Source: Marsupella aquatica
Taxonomy: Eukaryota; Plantae; Marchantiophyta
Assembly: GCA_973895155.1 (NCBI GenBank)
Contig: OZ316898.1
Coordinates: forward strand, 17,164,752 to 17,228,751
DNA length: 64,000 nucleotides
Direction of reading: 5' to 3'
Both the position numbers and the translations under genes were made by a program. Every line of letters starts with the position of its first letter. The first letter of the stretch is position 1. The notes under the pieces were generated by a model. It searched no databases and was not told where the DNA came from. It saw nothing but the letters and a program-made list of their open reading frames with translations. Positions 39,101 through 50,036 of this stretch are shown piece after piece.

Positions 39101-39730
39101 CCGAATTTAAGTGTTCATTCCCATTACGCAATTGGTCTCTAATTCCAATTAAATTCTGAGGCAGTCTGCCGGAGCATCGATGCAAACAAATTGATCCTTC
39201 CTGCGAGAACATTTCAGCTCAGCTATGCAGTGAATTGTCCACACAAGGCGATATAAAATGCAATGCTACATTGAAATCTTCGCACCCACCATGGCAGCTT
39301 TGCCGAATGCTCGCAAATTCTGCGCCAAACTCAACGCTTGCCGGTCGTTCCCCCTTTCGAGCTCAGCGTCGATCAAAGTAACCCACACCTTGGAGTCCAC
39401 GAAGACCTTGCCGCTCTGCGTGGGGGTATCACCCTCGACCTCAACACCACCACCGTCCTGATTGGACGCCGCCCGTGCTGTCATCCCCCTGCTCCTCTCC
39501 ACATTCCTCGCCGCACCGATGAGGATACCACCACCACACTCGACCCCAACTCGTCCTCTTCTTCCTGTACTTAGTTTTGATGATCGTTGCCAGCCTTTGC
39601 AGCTCCTCTGCGCTCCACGAGACTCGCGCAGAATGGGAACGAGGGCTCGCTGTCGTGGCCCACAGCTGCCACCGCTAGAGACCAGCAACGATCCGGGCGA
39701 ACACATCCTACATACGACGAGGTCTGCCAT
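36188..39730 (-). CDS. Plastid zinc-metalloprotease-like protein (peptidase M41/FtsH-like HEXXH domain; At5g27290/VIR3-related family), 7 exons, about 406 aa
   Basis: Exons 39730-39290, 38089-37871, 37619-37533, 37377-37231, 37017-36991, 36631-36536 and 36391-36188 are all phase 0. Motifs VPQKIYTLEDLRLN, QHEAGHFLISYFMGILPK.YTLSS, QAGTTFVDFEF, IALAGVATEYLLYG.AEGG..D and LGFTQRKADGQVRWAVLNT. N-terminus is transit-peptide-like. Confidence 0.9.
38168..38533. repeat. Tandem duplication of about 190 bp inside intron 1 of the M41-like gene
   Basis: GTCAGTACCAG.GGTGAGTA..AAACGAG.GAAGGACCTCGTCCTT..AACTTACATCGGCCACCAGATGTG..CAGCTGGAG..CTGACAATC.CACACGAATC occurs twice. Confidence 0.8.
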
Positions 39731-40849
39731 GAGCTCGGAATACTGTTGTACTACGCCTGCTGCTTCTCTGCACTCACGAGGAATCAAACAGACGAAAGTC
39801 TTTCTAATTTAGAACCAATCTACCTCACCTCACCGCACCACATGTGACTTCCGTCCCCAAAGCCGGATCTCTGGAACGATGGTAAATTGAATTGAATCAT
39901 GCTCAGCACGCACGGGCGTGGCTAGCGCAGTGTGGACAGGAAATAAATGCCCTAAGATCCTTGTGAGCTTTCTTTTGACCGAAGAATTCCTCAGTAAATT
40001 CAGCTGAGCTCAGCTCTGATCTGCTATCAGTCCAGGGAAACACGACTGCACCACCTCACTGACCGGAGAAGTGAGTGCGAGATTCGGAACAGAGATTCAG
40101 GAGCACACGAAGTCACGAGGGGATTTCAGGAAAAAACAGGAGAGGTGAGAGAATTGCCCTCTGGATTCAGGGTCGAGAATCTCAGTCCATATCTCTCTCT
40201 ATCCAACCATCCGTCCCTCCACCCACAGCTCTGAGCTGCTTCCAGTCCGAGGAGAAGTTCGTACACGCGATGCTGAGCTTAGCTCTAATCTGCTGTCAGC
40301 CAGAAAAAAAGCTCATGCACGCCATGCGATTCGAGGCCGGTGACCTCAGCGCTCATCTGCGTTCAGTCCAGTCGCAGGAGGACAACAACAACCTCAAGCA
40401 TGCGAGGCGTTACGAGGCGGAGCAGAGCGCTAGAGCAGGATCTGAAAGATGGGTCTACAGAAACGCGATCTTCCACTCCCAATCCAATCATCCCGTGTCG
40501 AGCGAAGTCACGGGAATGTGAGAGGAAGAGACTGAGATTCAGCAGAGCGCGAAGAAAGACGAAGGATTTCATGACGACAGGAAAGCTGGGGGGGCCGAAG
40601 AGGTTGGAGAGTATCGGGCGCTCCAATCAGAGCGGATCGCACATGAGATACTGTCGAGGGTACAGCGTTGCAGCAGAATCCATGGAACCGGGCTGTTCTG
40701 TTGGAAGGGTGGGTTCCATGAACGGCCCTTGAGACACTGCACACTATTATTGTAAGGGTACATACCAGCCTTTTCTGTAGTGGCATAAATTTGCAAGATT
40801 CCAGTTATTCCAAAAGTTTGTGGTCACCTTTGGCAAGAATAATAAGCTA

Positions 40850-41256
40850 CACTGCCCACAGCACTTAGTGTAAGTCACACTAATTGTGTAGCCCTTTAGA
40901 TTTTACATGTCTCATGTAAAATAGGGCGAGTTGCATTATTTCAGGTGTTACACTAGCCCTTTAAATTTTACGTGTCTCATGAATTGCATTATTTCAGGTG
41001 TTACACTAATTACAGTTCACAAGAAGTTGCACTTTTGGTCTCATTAATTGAGGTGTTCGCCTTGAATGTCACACTTTGAGAATTGAGGCATAAAATTGAG
41101 ACTCAAGTGGAGACTCAATACAAACTAAAGAGGGTGACTTAACATACTTAATAAGTGTGGTTCGGGCTATAAAAAAATGTTCACACAAATTAGTGTGAGT
41201 CACTCTAATTATGGTGTCACACTAATTATATACTCACACTATTTCAATGGATAGTG
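40850..41256. mobile_element. MITE-like element with imperfect TIRs and subterminal repeats
   Basis: TA|CACTGCCCA...TAGTGTAAGT at the left end and ACTCACACTA...TGGATAGTG|TA at the right end. Multiple internal (C/T)ACACTAATT motifs. Confidence 0.55.
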
Positions 41257-41258
41257 TA

Positions 41259-41580
41259 GGTTTTCTGTTTCTCATTAGCCAATTTTAGGGTTTACGGTTT
41301 AGTTTCCCACCTAGCTACAGGTCCCCTTAGCCAGAATCTAACAGTCATCCTTAAAAGGAGACCTAATGGCCAGAAAATTGAGGGAATACAAACAAAGAAT
41401 ACTCTAATTATCTTCTCCACCTCTCCAAAAAGTTTCAATTTTGACCAGAATTAGCTAGGTTTTCTGTTTCTCAGCAGCCAGTAGCCAGTTTCCCACTTAA
41501 CAATAGAACTCCCTAGCCAGAATCTAACAGTCATTCTTAAATGTAGGGAGATCTAATGGTCCAAAATTTTAGGGAAATCA
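41259..41580 (+). mobile_element. Same dispersed repeat family (copy D, two subunits)
   Basis: TAGCCAGAATCTAACAGTCAT(C/T)CTTAAA occurs twice, each preceded by TTTCTGTTTCTCA..AGCCA..AGTTTCCCAC. Confidence 0.65.
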
Positions 41581-41614
41581 AATAAAAATATTCCTGGCAT
41601 CTTCTCCTTAATAG

Positions 41615-41778
41615 GAGGTATTTGCTTGATTGGACTCCAAAATGAAAAGTGTTACTTGATAGAACCCCTGAGATTTTGGGTACATTGATTCAGGTCAATC
41701 AACGGTCTGGATCATTGAAGGGTCTTATCAAGTAATACTTTTCAATTTAATTTGGGGTCCCATTAAAGCAAATACCTC
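41615..41778. repeat. Foldback inverted repeat (about 55-bp arms), MITE-like
   Basis: GAGGTATTTGCTT..GGACTCCAAA.TGAAAAGTGTTACTTGATAGAACCC pairs with GGGTCTTATCAAGTAATACTTTTCA..TTTGGGGTCC..AAGCAAATACCTC. Confidence 0.75.
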
Positions 41779-42599
41779 TCTTCACATAGGCTGGCATTGG
41801 CCACACTGGCAAGAAAGTAAAAACCTTCAAGATTAAAGCTCATGTAGGCCCTCCTTTACAGTAGTCCTATCCTTGTTCACACAATAACTAAATAATTAAT
41901 TAAAAAATGGACCTGTTTGAGATTTCAGAATGCTTGTAAAACTCCCACACAAGTTCAGTTCACTCTGTAACACCCCCTTACCCCTGTTGTGGCAAACAGG
42001 GCTTAGACAACAGTAGTAATACCCTTCTATTGAGATGCCCCTCTTTGCAAGAAATGGGGTTGGGGCTAGGACAGGGGCAAATGCAAAGCTCCTCTTAAGC
42101 TCATTTCTCCAATCAATGGATAGGTTAACCCCTGCCTGGGTTAACATGCATACTCCACATAGTAGGTTTAGCTGTGTTTCTATGATTATCTTGATAATGT
42201 TGTGGTCACAACCTTACTTGGAAGTAAAAACTCTAGTAGAACATTGTTATGCACAATGTCATTCGGGGTTCAAATGTTACACCTAGGGTCAGGCTGACTT
42301 GGGGGTTGAGATCCTTCATTCCAATAAAAAATAAAATACATTGAGGTGGTTATAATTTTTGCCAGTCAGTCTTTCCTTGACCTAATTCCTTGCATGTATC
42401 TTCCTATGTTTTGTTTACACACTACTACTGTCTTTCCCAAAACACAGCGCCATGGCGCTCTATTTGAATAGTGTGCCCTGGGCGTTGTGTTCAAGTTTTG
42501 GAAATTTTATATTTGCAGTGTTGTGTTCAAAAATTGACGTTCTGAATATTGGCATTTGAGTTGAGGCCGCTTAGGTCTAAACCAGTCTTGCTCACTGTA

Positions 42600-42949
42600 A
42601 GGCTCTACGTACGGTCTAAGTCTAAAAAAAGTCCTTTCATGAAGCATTTGATAGTAGTACTTAAAGATTGGAGAATCACACTAGCCCATAGATGAAACTC
42701 TATGAGATGACGTCAAAGATTGAATGAGGTAAACAAGGATTGGAAAAATCATAACCTAAATGGACCATGTTTGATGAGTGATAATTAGATTTTGTGACAC
42801 GCAACCTGGGTTTCTTTCCTCCTAGTTATAGGTCTTGCACTTGGTCCACCGGCACACAGGAAGGGCAGACTATATATTACGCAAAATTTAATTGTCAGCC
42901 TGGGACCATATAGACAGCGGGATAGATACTTAGACTATACGTAGAGCCT
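42600..42949. mobile_element. MITE with about 22-bp TIRs and TA flanks
   Basis: TA|AGGCTCTACGTACGGTCTAAGT ... ACTTAGACTATACGTAGAGCCT|TA, with 2 mismatches. Confidence 0.7.
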
Positions 42950-44265
42950 TACTATAGTCTAGTATCTATGCTAAAGTACTATAGTCTAATTAATGAGAAC
43001 AAAAAGGAGTTGGCTATAATTATCTATGAAATAAGACCAACAATCCAGAATCCTTCAAGATAATTATGTGTTACAAAGAGTTATACTGCAGCAGATCCAA
43101 AACTTTAGATCATCTACTGCCTTTGGTGCATGGAGTAGGATTGGCCGCGTGGCAGGGCAGCCGCCCAAGTTGTCGTAGAGGCTGGCCGCACAGCATTTTA
43201 CTCGCCTCGGCTGGGATGGGATGGGATGGGATGGGAGCTGACCTCCGGAGCTGAGTTGAGGGCCTGCCCATTTTTGGTCGCTCATATTGAATTTCTTTCA
43301 CGCAAAAACGGTCCTGTAAATTCAAAACCTGTAAATTCAAACGACGACCACGGCAAAAAAAGGCGCAATGTCTTGTTGTAGTTTTTGATGAAAATGGTAG
43401 CGTGTAATTTATTGTGTCCATAACCCTTAACTCAGTTAAGGTCCATCAAATTATGAGCATTTGAGACGTCCTTATAAACCCTACACCGTTCGAATTGCTA
43501 CCACCCCCTGTGCTTCCCTGTGCATGCACGGAACGGGAATAGAACCATAAACATATAGTTCCAGTGTAGGATGCCACAGTACATAAACAGACTCACCGTT
43601 TTTCCCGGTAGCGTTTCGCTGCCAACATTCAAACTCGTTCCCCGGTTTCAACGCGAAATCCGTTTTCCTACTCTGCGCTACGGACACAATCAACTAGTTT
43701 CTGGAGGAGACCGTTTTCCTACTTTGCGCTAGGACACAATCAACTAGTTTCTGGAAGAGACCTTGGCCTCACTTTCTCCAGAGGGACACCAAGATTTTCT
43801 GTTCAAGAGCCCTGGGTTTGCTCAGGAGTCGATTCTCCTTGTGATATCGGTATGCTGCAGGCCCTGTTCGGAACTCCTCCTGCTCCTCTGGCTCGTGGTA
43901 TGTCTCTCGCTTGTGCTCCTTCGGTTTCCCTCCGTTGTCTGAAATCTGGCAGTCCATGGTTCTGTTTCGATTTGTTGTTGTTGCTGTATGTGCCCAGCTG
44001 CTACTGCTGTTGTTGCCTCTGCCTAGTTTGTTTCTTGTTTCTTGTTTGCTTCAGCTTAAATTTTCGTTTCATCTGGTTTCTTCAACAGTTTTGCCTTCTG
44101 CTTGTTTTGGGCATCGAAATATATGGACTTTGGACACGCATGGAAGCTGTCGTTTTGATGTTGTAAGACGCCACTGTGTTGGCGTTGCAGGTATATTTTG
44201 CTATAAATCATAGTTGGAACCCCATTATTGAGTTAACACAGACTGTGTACATCACGGAGTGAGCT

Positions 44266-44817
44266 ATGGCAACTCACGATTCTTCGCTCCCGGTGGACAA
44301 TGAGAAAACTTATAACACACAAGGAGTAAGCACGGGGCCGTCCAAGAAGCTGAAAACGGTCGACCTCGTTCTCAGATTTCTCACTTTTGCTTGCACTCTT
44401 GTGGCATTCGTTGTCATGATCAGTAACCTTCAGTCCAAGCGCCCCTTCCCGACGTTTAAGGTCTGGGCGAAGTATCATTACTCAGATGCCTTCATGTGGT
44501 TCGTGGTGGCTAACGGCTTGGCATTCAGCTATGCACTCCTGACCCTTATATTGAGCGCGTTCAACCGGTCACCAAAGATTGCGCGGATAGTCGTTATACT
44601 GGATTTGCTAGTAGCCTACATGATCATATCCGGGGCATCAGCTGCTGCTTCAATTGCCTATATTGGAAAGAACGGATTGAAACAAACAGGGTGGCTGCCT
44701 ATTTGTAACACTTTCCACCGCTATTGCGCCCATGTTCTCCTGGCCTTGACCGCCAGCTTCCTTGGCTGGTCGTTTCTCACTTACATTGTAATCATAGGCC
44801 TCCACCGAAAGTACTGA
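44266..44817 (+). CDS. CASP-like protein (DUF588/MARVEL, CASPL group 1-like), intronless CDS, 183 aa
   Basis: Four hydrophobic segments and motifs DLVLR, AF.WFVVAN, ILDLLVAYM.ISGASAAASIAYIGKNG...GWLPIC..F.RYC. Probable 5' UTR intron at 43850-44190. Confidence 0.92.
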   Translation: MATHDSSLPVDNEKTYNTQGVSTGPSKKLKTVDLVLRFLTFACTLVAFVVMISNLQSKRPFPTFKVWAKYHYSDAFMWFVVANGLAFSYALLTLILSAFNRSPKIARIVVILDLLVAYMIISGASAAASIAYIGKNGLKQTGWLPICNTFHRYCAHVLLALTASFLGWSFLTYIVIIGLHRKY

Positions 44818-47767
44818 GATGGAAGATCCTGATTCTGAGATTGTGTTGGTTATAATGCACTTCACCTGTATATCTGGTCGTGGGAGCGGATGTAATTTCA
44901 CTAGGATGCATCTTTCTTTGCGGAGACCTACTCCGGAGCTTGTCCGTTTCGTTCGCTCAGAGTATTACAAAAGCTTCTGAAAAGTTTCAGACGGGGTTTC
45001 AGAGTATCCGTCTCAGCATTCGTCCTATATTGTGGTTTTATTTTATTACGTACGTGACTTTGGAAAATGTGATGTCAAGTCCAGTTTGTACAGAAGTACC
45101 TCTGTCCGTTTAAAGACCGGCAACATATATGGTGTGCGCCGGAGATTTCTTATCAATGTTGTCTTGAAACAACACATGTATTTCATGAAGATAATGTTCA
45201 GGCAACCATGATCCTTAAAACCTCCGCATGGTTCGTCTACTGACTCGTCGAAGCAGTCCCCGCCACGCATTGAGTCTTCTTATCATGTCCCACGGCGACC
45301 CATGGGAATGTATGTCTGATTCGGCTTTTTAGATTTGGCTCAAGTCGTTTTATCGATCTCCCGAATAGTCTGATTGGTCTGCTCAGTTTCTAACCTTACC
45401 TCAAATGCTCATACCGTCGTTCAGACTATGGTAAATAGTTTCGTATCACATTACAGGTTTTGGCGTCAAAGTTCATATTTGAAACCAAGTTACTAAGAAA
45501 GTTTCTGCATCCTAAACAGTGACAGCCACTGGGAATGTTTGCCAAGATCGTCACATGTCCTTTACGTGAGTTGAATCTGCTGTCCCCGTAACGTTTTTTC
45601 GGGAGTGGTTACAATCCTCGTACATCTGAGAATAATTCTAAATTCCATCCCAACGGGTCATCACTGTCCCGCTGCCTCATCAGCCGCGTACTGTATATCT
45701 TCTGCGCGAAGTAATTGTTCTTATTACAGCAACCTGTAATTGCCATTATTATGGCAGTGAGTTTTGAAATCTCGTACGTCACTTCGGCTGCTCTAATGGT
45801 GATAATACATGCTACCCACCTCCCCGTACCCCGACGGGAGAGACGGCCATGGCTCATCAATTTATGAGTGCATGGCCGTTTCTCTCGTCGGCGGAGTGAC
45901 AAGACGGGCAGACGCCTTTAGTGAAACTTATCAATTGATGAGTTCATGGCCGTTATCCCGGAACACGTTTTAGTCACATACTCCGGCGAGGCGATCGAAA
46001 TACCCATCGTGCCCACTGAGTCGAGTCGAAGCAATGGCCCGGACAGTACCTGATAGGTACCGGGCTGGCCGGGTTTTACAGCAGTGCCCACCTACTGAAG
46101 GAAATCTAGAAAGTTTCTTTCATCGAAGAAGTAAGGAACGAGATAAAGCAGTTGAACGAAGAACGCTAGTAAAGACATTTACATTTGGGCGGGCAGAAGA
46201 TTTGCAGCTATGATCATAGTACAACGAAAGAATTGAACAGAATTGATTCCGTTTGATGTGTAATATGGGATTACACTATGAAGAAACATGAACTCTTACA
46301 GATCTGGGCTGGGCAGAACGAGACAACTCGACCGGACTCAACTTCACCACAATTAAGTGACCCAAGCGATTGGTAGGCTGGGCTAAATTCTCATCTGCTC
46401 AATTCAGAGCCCTCGCATATCTGGATTGGTCCCCTCGAGGTGCCGGCCCCCTTGTGTTGTGTGCTGGCTTTTTGAACAATTCCGGTGAGTTTGTTCGAGT
46501 AAAAAAAACAATGCACTCTTACACACATGAACATGCATTTGGTTTGGCGAGAGGAAATATGTTACAATAAAATGGAATACAAACTTATATATTGGGCGAG
46601 AGGAGATATGTTACAATACAATGGATATACAAACTTATTGGGCATTTGATTGGAAACAAATTTTTTGATATCATTTTTTTAATACATTTTGCGCATTACA
46701 AACTCGCTACAAAATTGAACCTCAACTGCATGGATTTTCTCCCAGCATACCGTATAATCATTACCCACCTACTGTATGCTGAGTACTCAGTACTCACGTT
46801 AATGACATCGCCGAATATCATTAATTTGTTCAGAAGTATCGTACAATATGCTGATTTCGAAGTACACAAATATGGCAGACTGACTTGGAATTGCCACCAA
46901 CTGCTACGGTCGTCCAAGATTAGTGACAGAGTCCAGGGCGCTAACTTCATCGTTCATTTCTCGTCTTGAATGCGAGTCAGACCCGAACATGAGGGACCGG
47001 TGGGGCAATCAGCCAAGTCAGGACTTGGGCCTCGTCCTAGCTGGTGACTAATTGAATGCGAGTCAGACCCAAGTATATCAGTATAATTATCACCCCCATC
47101 AGGCATCACCAGTCGAGTATTGATCGGGCAAATCAAGGCTAGTCCTTAGCTGGTGAACGACTGTAAAAGAAAATTAGAGAAATCATGCTTGGACACGTTT
47201 CCAGCGTGACAAGTAGCAGAGTTGAGGAACTAATAACAGCGTCAGCCAAATCAAGACTCCTCATGAGTGGTGACAACAGGTAAAGGAATATTAAAAAATC
47301 ATGCTTCAGCACTTTCCGGCTTTCCCAAGCCTGGGAAAACGTTATTGACTTAGACTTGAGAGACTAATAAAGTAACTACCCTGACACCGGTAAGGTTGTT
47401 GGGTGCACAATTTCAGAGACGTTGGGATTAGGGACAAGTGGCAATCTGGACTCTAAATGAATGTTTATTAGCCCATGCAATTAGGGAGGCTACTGGGACA
47501 AGATGCGATCTCGACTCTGATCAATGCTGATTCTCAACTCTACTCAATGTGTATTAGCCCATGCAATTAGGATTCAGGGAGACGAGTCCCTCTATTGTCA
47601 GACGAGTCCCTCTATTGTCATTCAATTGTAGCTCGATTCTCCCCCATAGTCCACCGGAATACTCTCTCCATTTTTGTCTCACTTTATTTCAGACCTGCAC
47701 CATTTTTGGTCCCGGTTCACTTTTGAGGTCCGAGGACACACATTTTTGAGGAGTTCTAATGTTTGAT

Positions 47768-47886
47768 GGTTTTAACTTATTCACAAATAATGTAAAACTA
47801 TAATATCAATTTTAAAATAAAAAATATATTGATATTTTTAAAATTGATATTAAAGGTTTATGTCATTTTTTAATAAGTTAAAAACC
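47768..47886. repeat. AT-rich long palindrome inside a probable MITE (about 47660-48076)
   Basis: GGTTTTAACTTATT..AATATCAATTTTAAAA, a loop, then TTTTAAAATTGATATT..AATAAGTTAAAAACC. The element end at 48040-48076 matches, inverted, the sequence at 42423-42470. Confidence 0.7.
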
Positions 47887-48555
47887 CGGTCACCTTTCTC
47901 TTATAGTCACTTTTGCACATTTTCGAACACAAGTCAATTTCGAACAGAGGACCCGAGCATTGTGTTGATATGATGTTGTGTTTGAGTGAAAATGTATTTT
48001 TTGCCTAATTAAAGTCACTGTTTTGATCATATTCGAACACAGCGCCCGGGCGGTGTGTTCGGGGGAAGAGGGTAGTATTAGATTAAATAGAAGAGAACAG
48101 GTAGTCACCTTACTGTGCCCTTGGTTAGTGGTATTTAATTTAATTTTTTAATTTTAATTTTGGTTTGAAATGAACTTCTATACTTAGATGCAAATGACTT
48201 GAACTACGGAGACAAAGGTTGGAAATGTTTGGACCACCACTGAAACAATGTCTGAAATTCTAGACAATGTAATCACAAGTTCAGATTATTTAACATTTAC
48301 TTGTGCCCATTGCCTGCCATGTACAATCAGTAGACACCATATCTAAATGCCCTGAAGTGATTGTAAGGTCAGCTGAAATATTAAATTATCCAAATTTAAT
48401 CTCAAAGGGAATAAAAAGAGGAGAATGGGTAAAGTCACCGAGCATCTTGCAAAGCAACCCTCAACAAGATATATACTAACAGGTGATGAAACATTCTCAT
48501 CAGAAGCATGAACAAAACAAGAACACAACGAAAACACCACATATCTAGCCACATA

Positions 48556-49098
48556 TAGGGGCATTGAAGCTCTCATTGAAAACAAGTGTTGTGGTCCATA
48601 CTTTGTGAAGCTCTCGTGGGATTTGAAACATAACCACAAAGAAGTACAGGCCTATGAGCCGGGTGTCCCTGCATCTGGCAGTGCAATTGCCAGACTTCCA
48701 CTCTGGAAACACTTCCATGGAAACGGGAAAATAAGTTGAGGGTGCAATATGGTGGCCTTGAGATGTGAATTAAGGGCGTGGCTATGGGTTGATCAGGGGG
48801 ATAAGAAATTTGGCTGAGTAGAAACTGTTGCAGACTTAGGAGCCCATCAGAATTAGATCAGCCTTTGGCCGTCTGATTGCCCCTAAAATGAGATGAGACA
48901 GAGTAAACCCTGCCTTACTGGGCCGGTCAATGCTACCTCCCCTCATTTTTCAAATTCCTTAAACTGGTCCCATAATCACCCGTCAATGCTATCTCCCCTC
49001 ATTTTTCAAATTCCTTAAGCTGGTCCCATAACTAGAGTTACAAGATGGACCATAAATTTGTAACTTTCAGTTATGGCCTAGTTTTTGAGAGGCACTAA
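48556..49098. mobile_element. Diverged second copy of the 3087-3529 MITE family
   Basis: Shares GGTCAATGCTACCTCCCC.CATTT..AAATTCC...CCCATAA (locally duplicated here) and a degenerate right end (ACTTTCA..TATG.CCTAG.TTTGA.A.GC.CTA). The left end is uncertain. Confidence 0.55.
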
Positions 49099-50036
49099 TG
49101 AAATATGCTGCCTTCTCACATCTAGGATCTCCAATCTAATTAAGGGGATCGAACTCTATGATCGATTGTGCAAAAGTGACCCCTGCTGGGTAATTTAACC
49201 AAACTTAATTGCGATGCATGGGGATATTTGGTCAAGCTCCCAGGCCTTTACTTATTATAATATAAAGCTAAAAACTCAATTTGTGGGAAGGAACCCTAGC
49301 TTTTAGCAAACTTAGACGTGAAACTTGGGTTCAAGGGAACCCAAAGAGACAAAAGGAATGGAACTGACAGTGTTTTGAATGGCTAAGAACCACTATGCAT
49401 TTCAGATTAAAACCCGTGACAGCCGCATGTTATTACGCGAGGAGAGAACACGAGAAAACTGTGAACCGAGGTTCCTCAATTGAACAAACCAAAATTTTAC
49501 AATGTGTACGTTTGCTCAGTTCATGACTTCACACACGAGCTCTTCTTCGTCAGAGAGAGAATGAATCTACATAATTTTCCCCACGGAATTTCATTTAAAC
49601 CTGAGACAATGGCCCTCCTGGCAGAGGCGGACAGGAGGCACTAGAAAGGTATGTCTTTACAATTGCGTTCATAAGACCATGAAACCGAAATTGACGCTGA
49701 AACTATCACCCAGGTAAGATACTGAAAGATAAAACAACACTTCACAATCTTAACGCTGTACAAGAAAAAAATAGTGTCGTAACTAACCGGATCATCATAA
49801 ACGTTTGCAGCAAGACGATTTGACTCGAGCCAAACAAAGAACGGAGGGCACTCCCGTTCACACAAGCGCATCCAGTATGGCAGTAGATATATGTCATCCA
49901 TGTACGAGTAGTATTGGAGCTTGAATTAATGGCTCACTCAGGCCCACGAATACGATCAAGATTATGACCAAACATCCAAAAGATTGCAGAAAGTCCGTGC
50001 AGAATATCTGCCAAAACAAAGTGCAAGAAGTCAGAG

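Noticed and set aside
43852-44213. Hydrophobic Cys/Leu-rich ORFs upstream of CASPL
   Set aside because: T-rich sequence bounded by GT..AG, interpreted as the 5' UTR intron.
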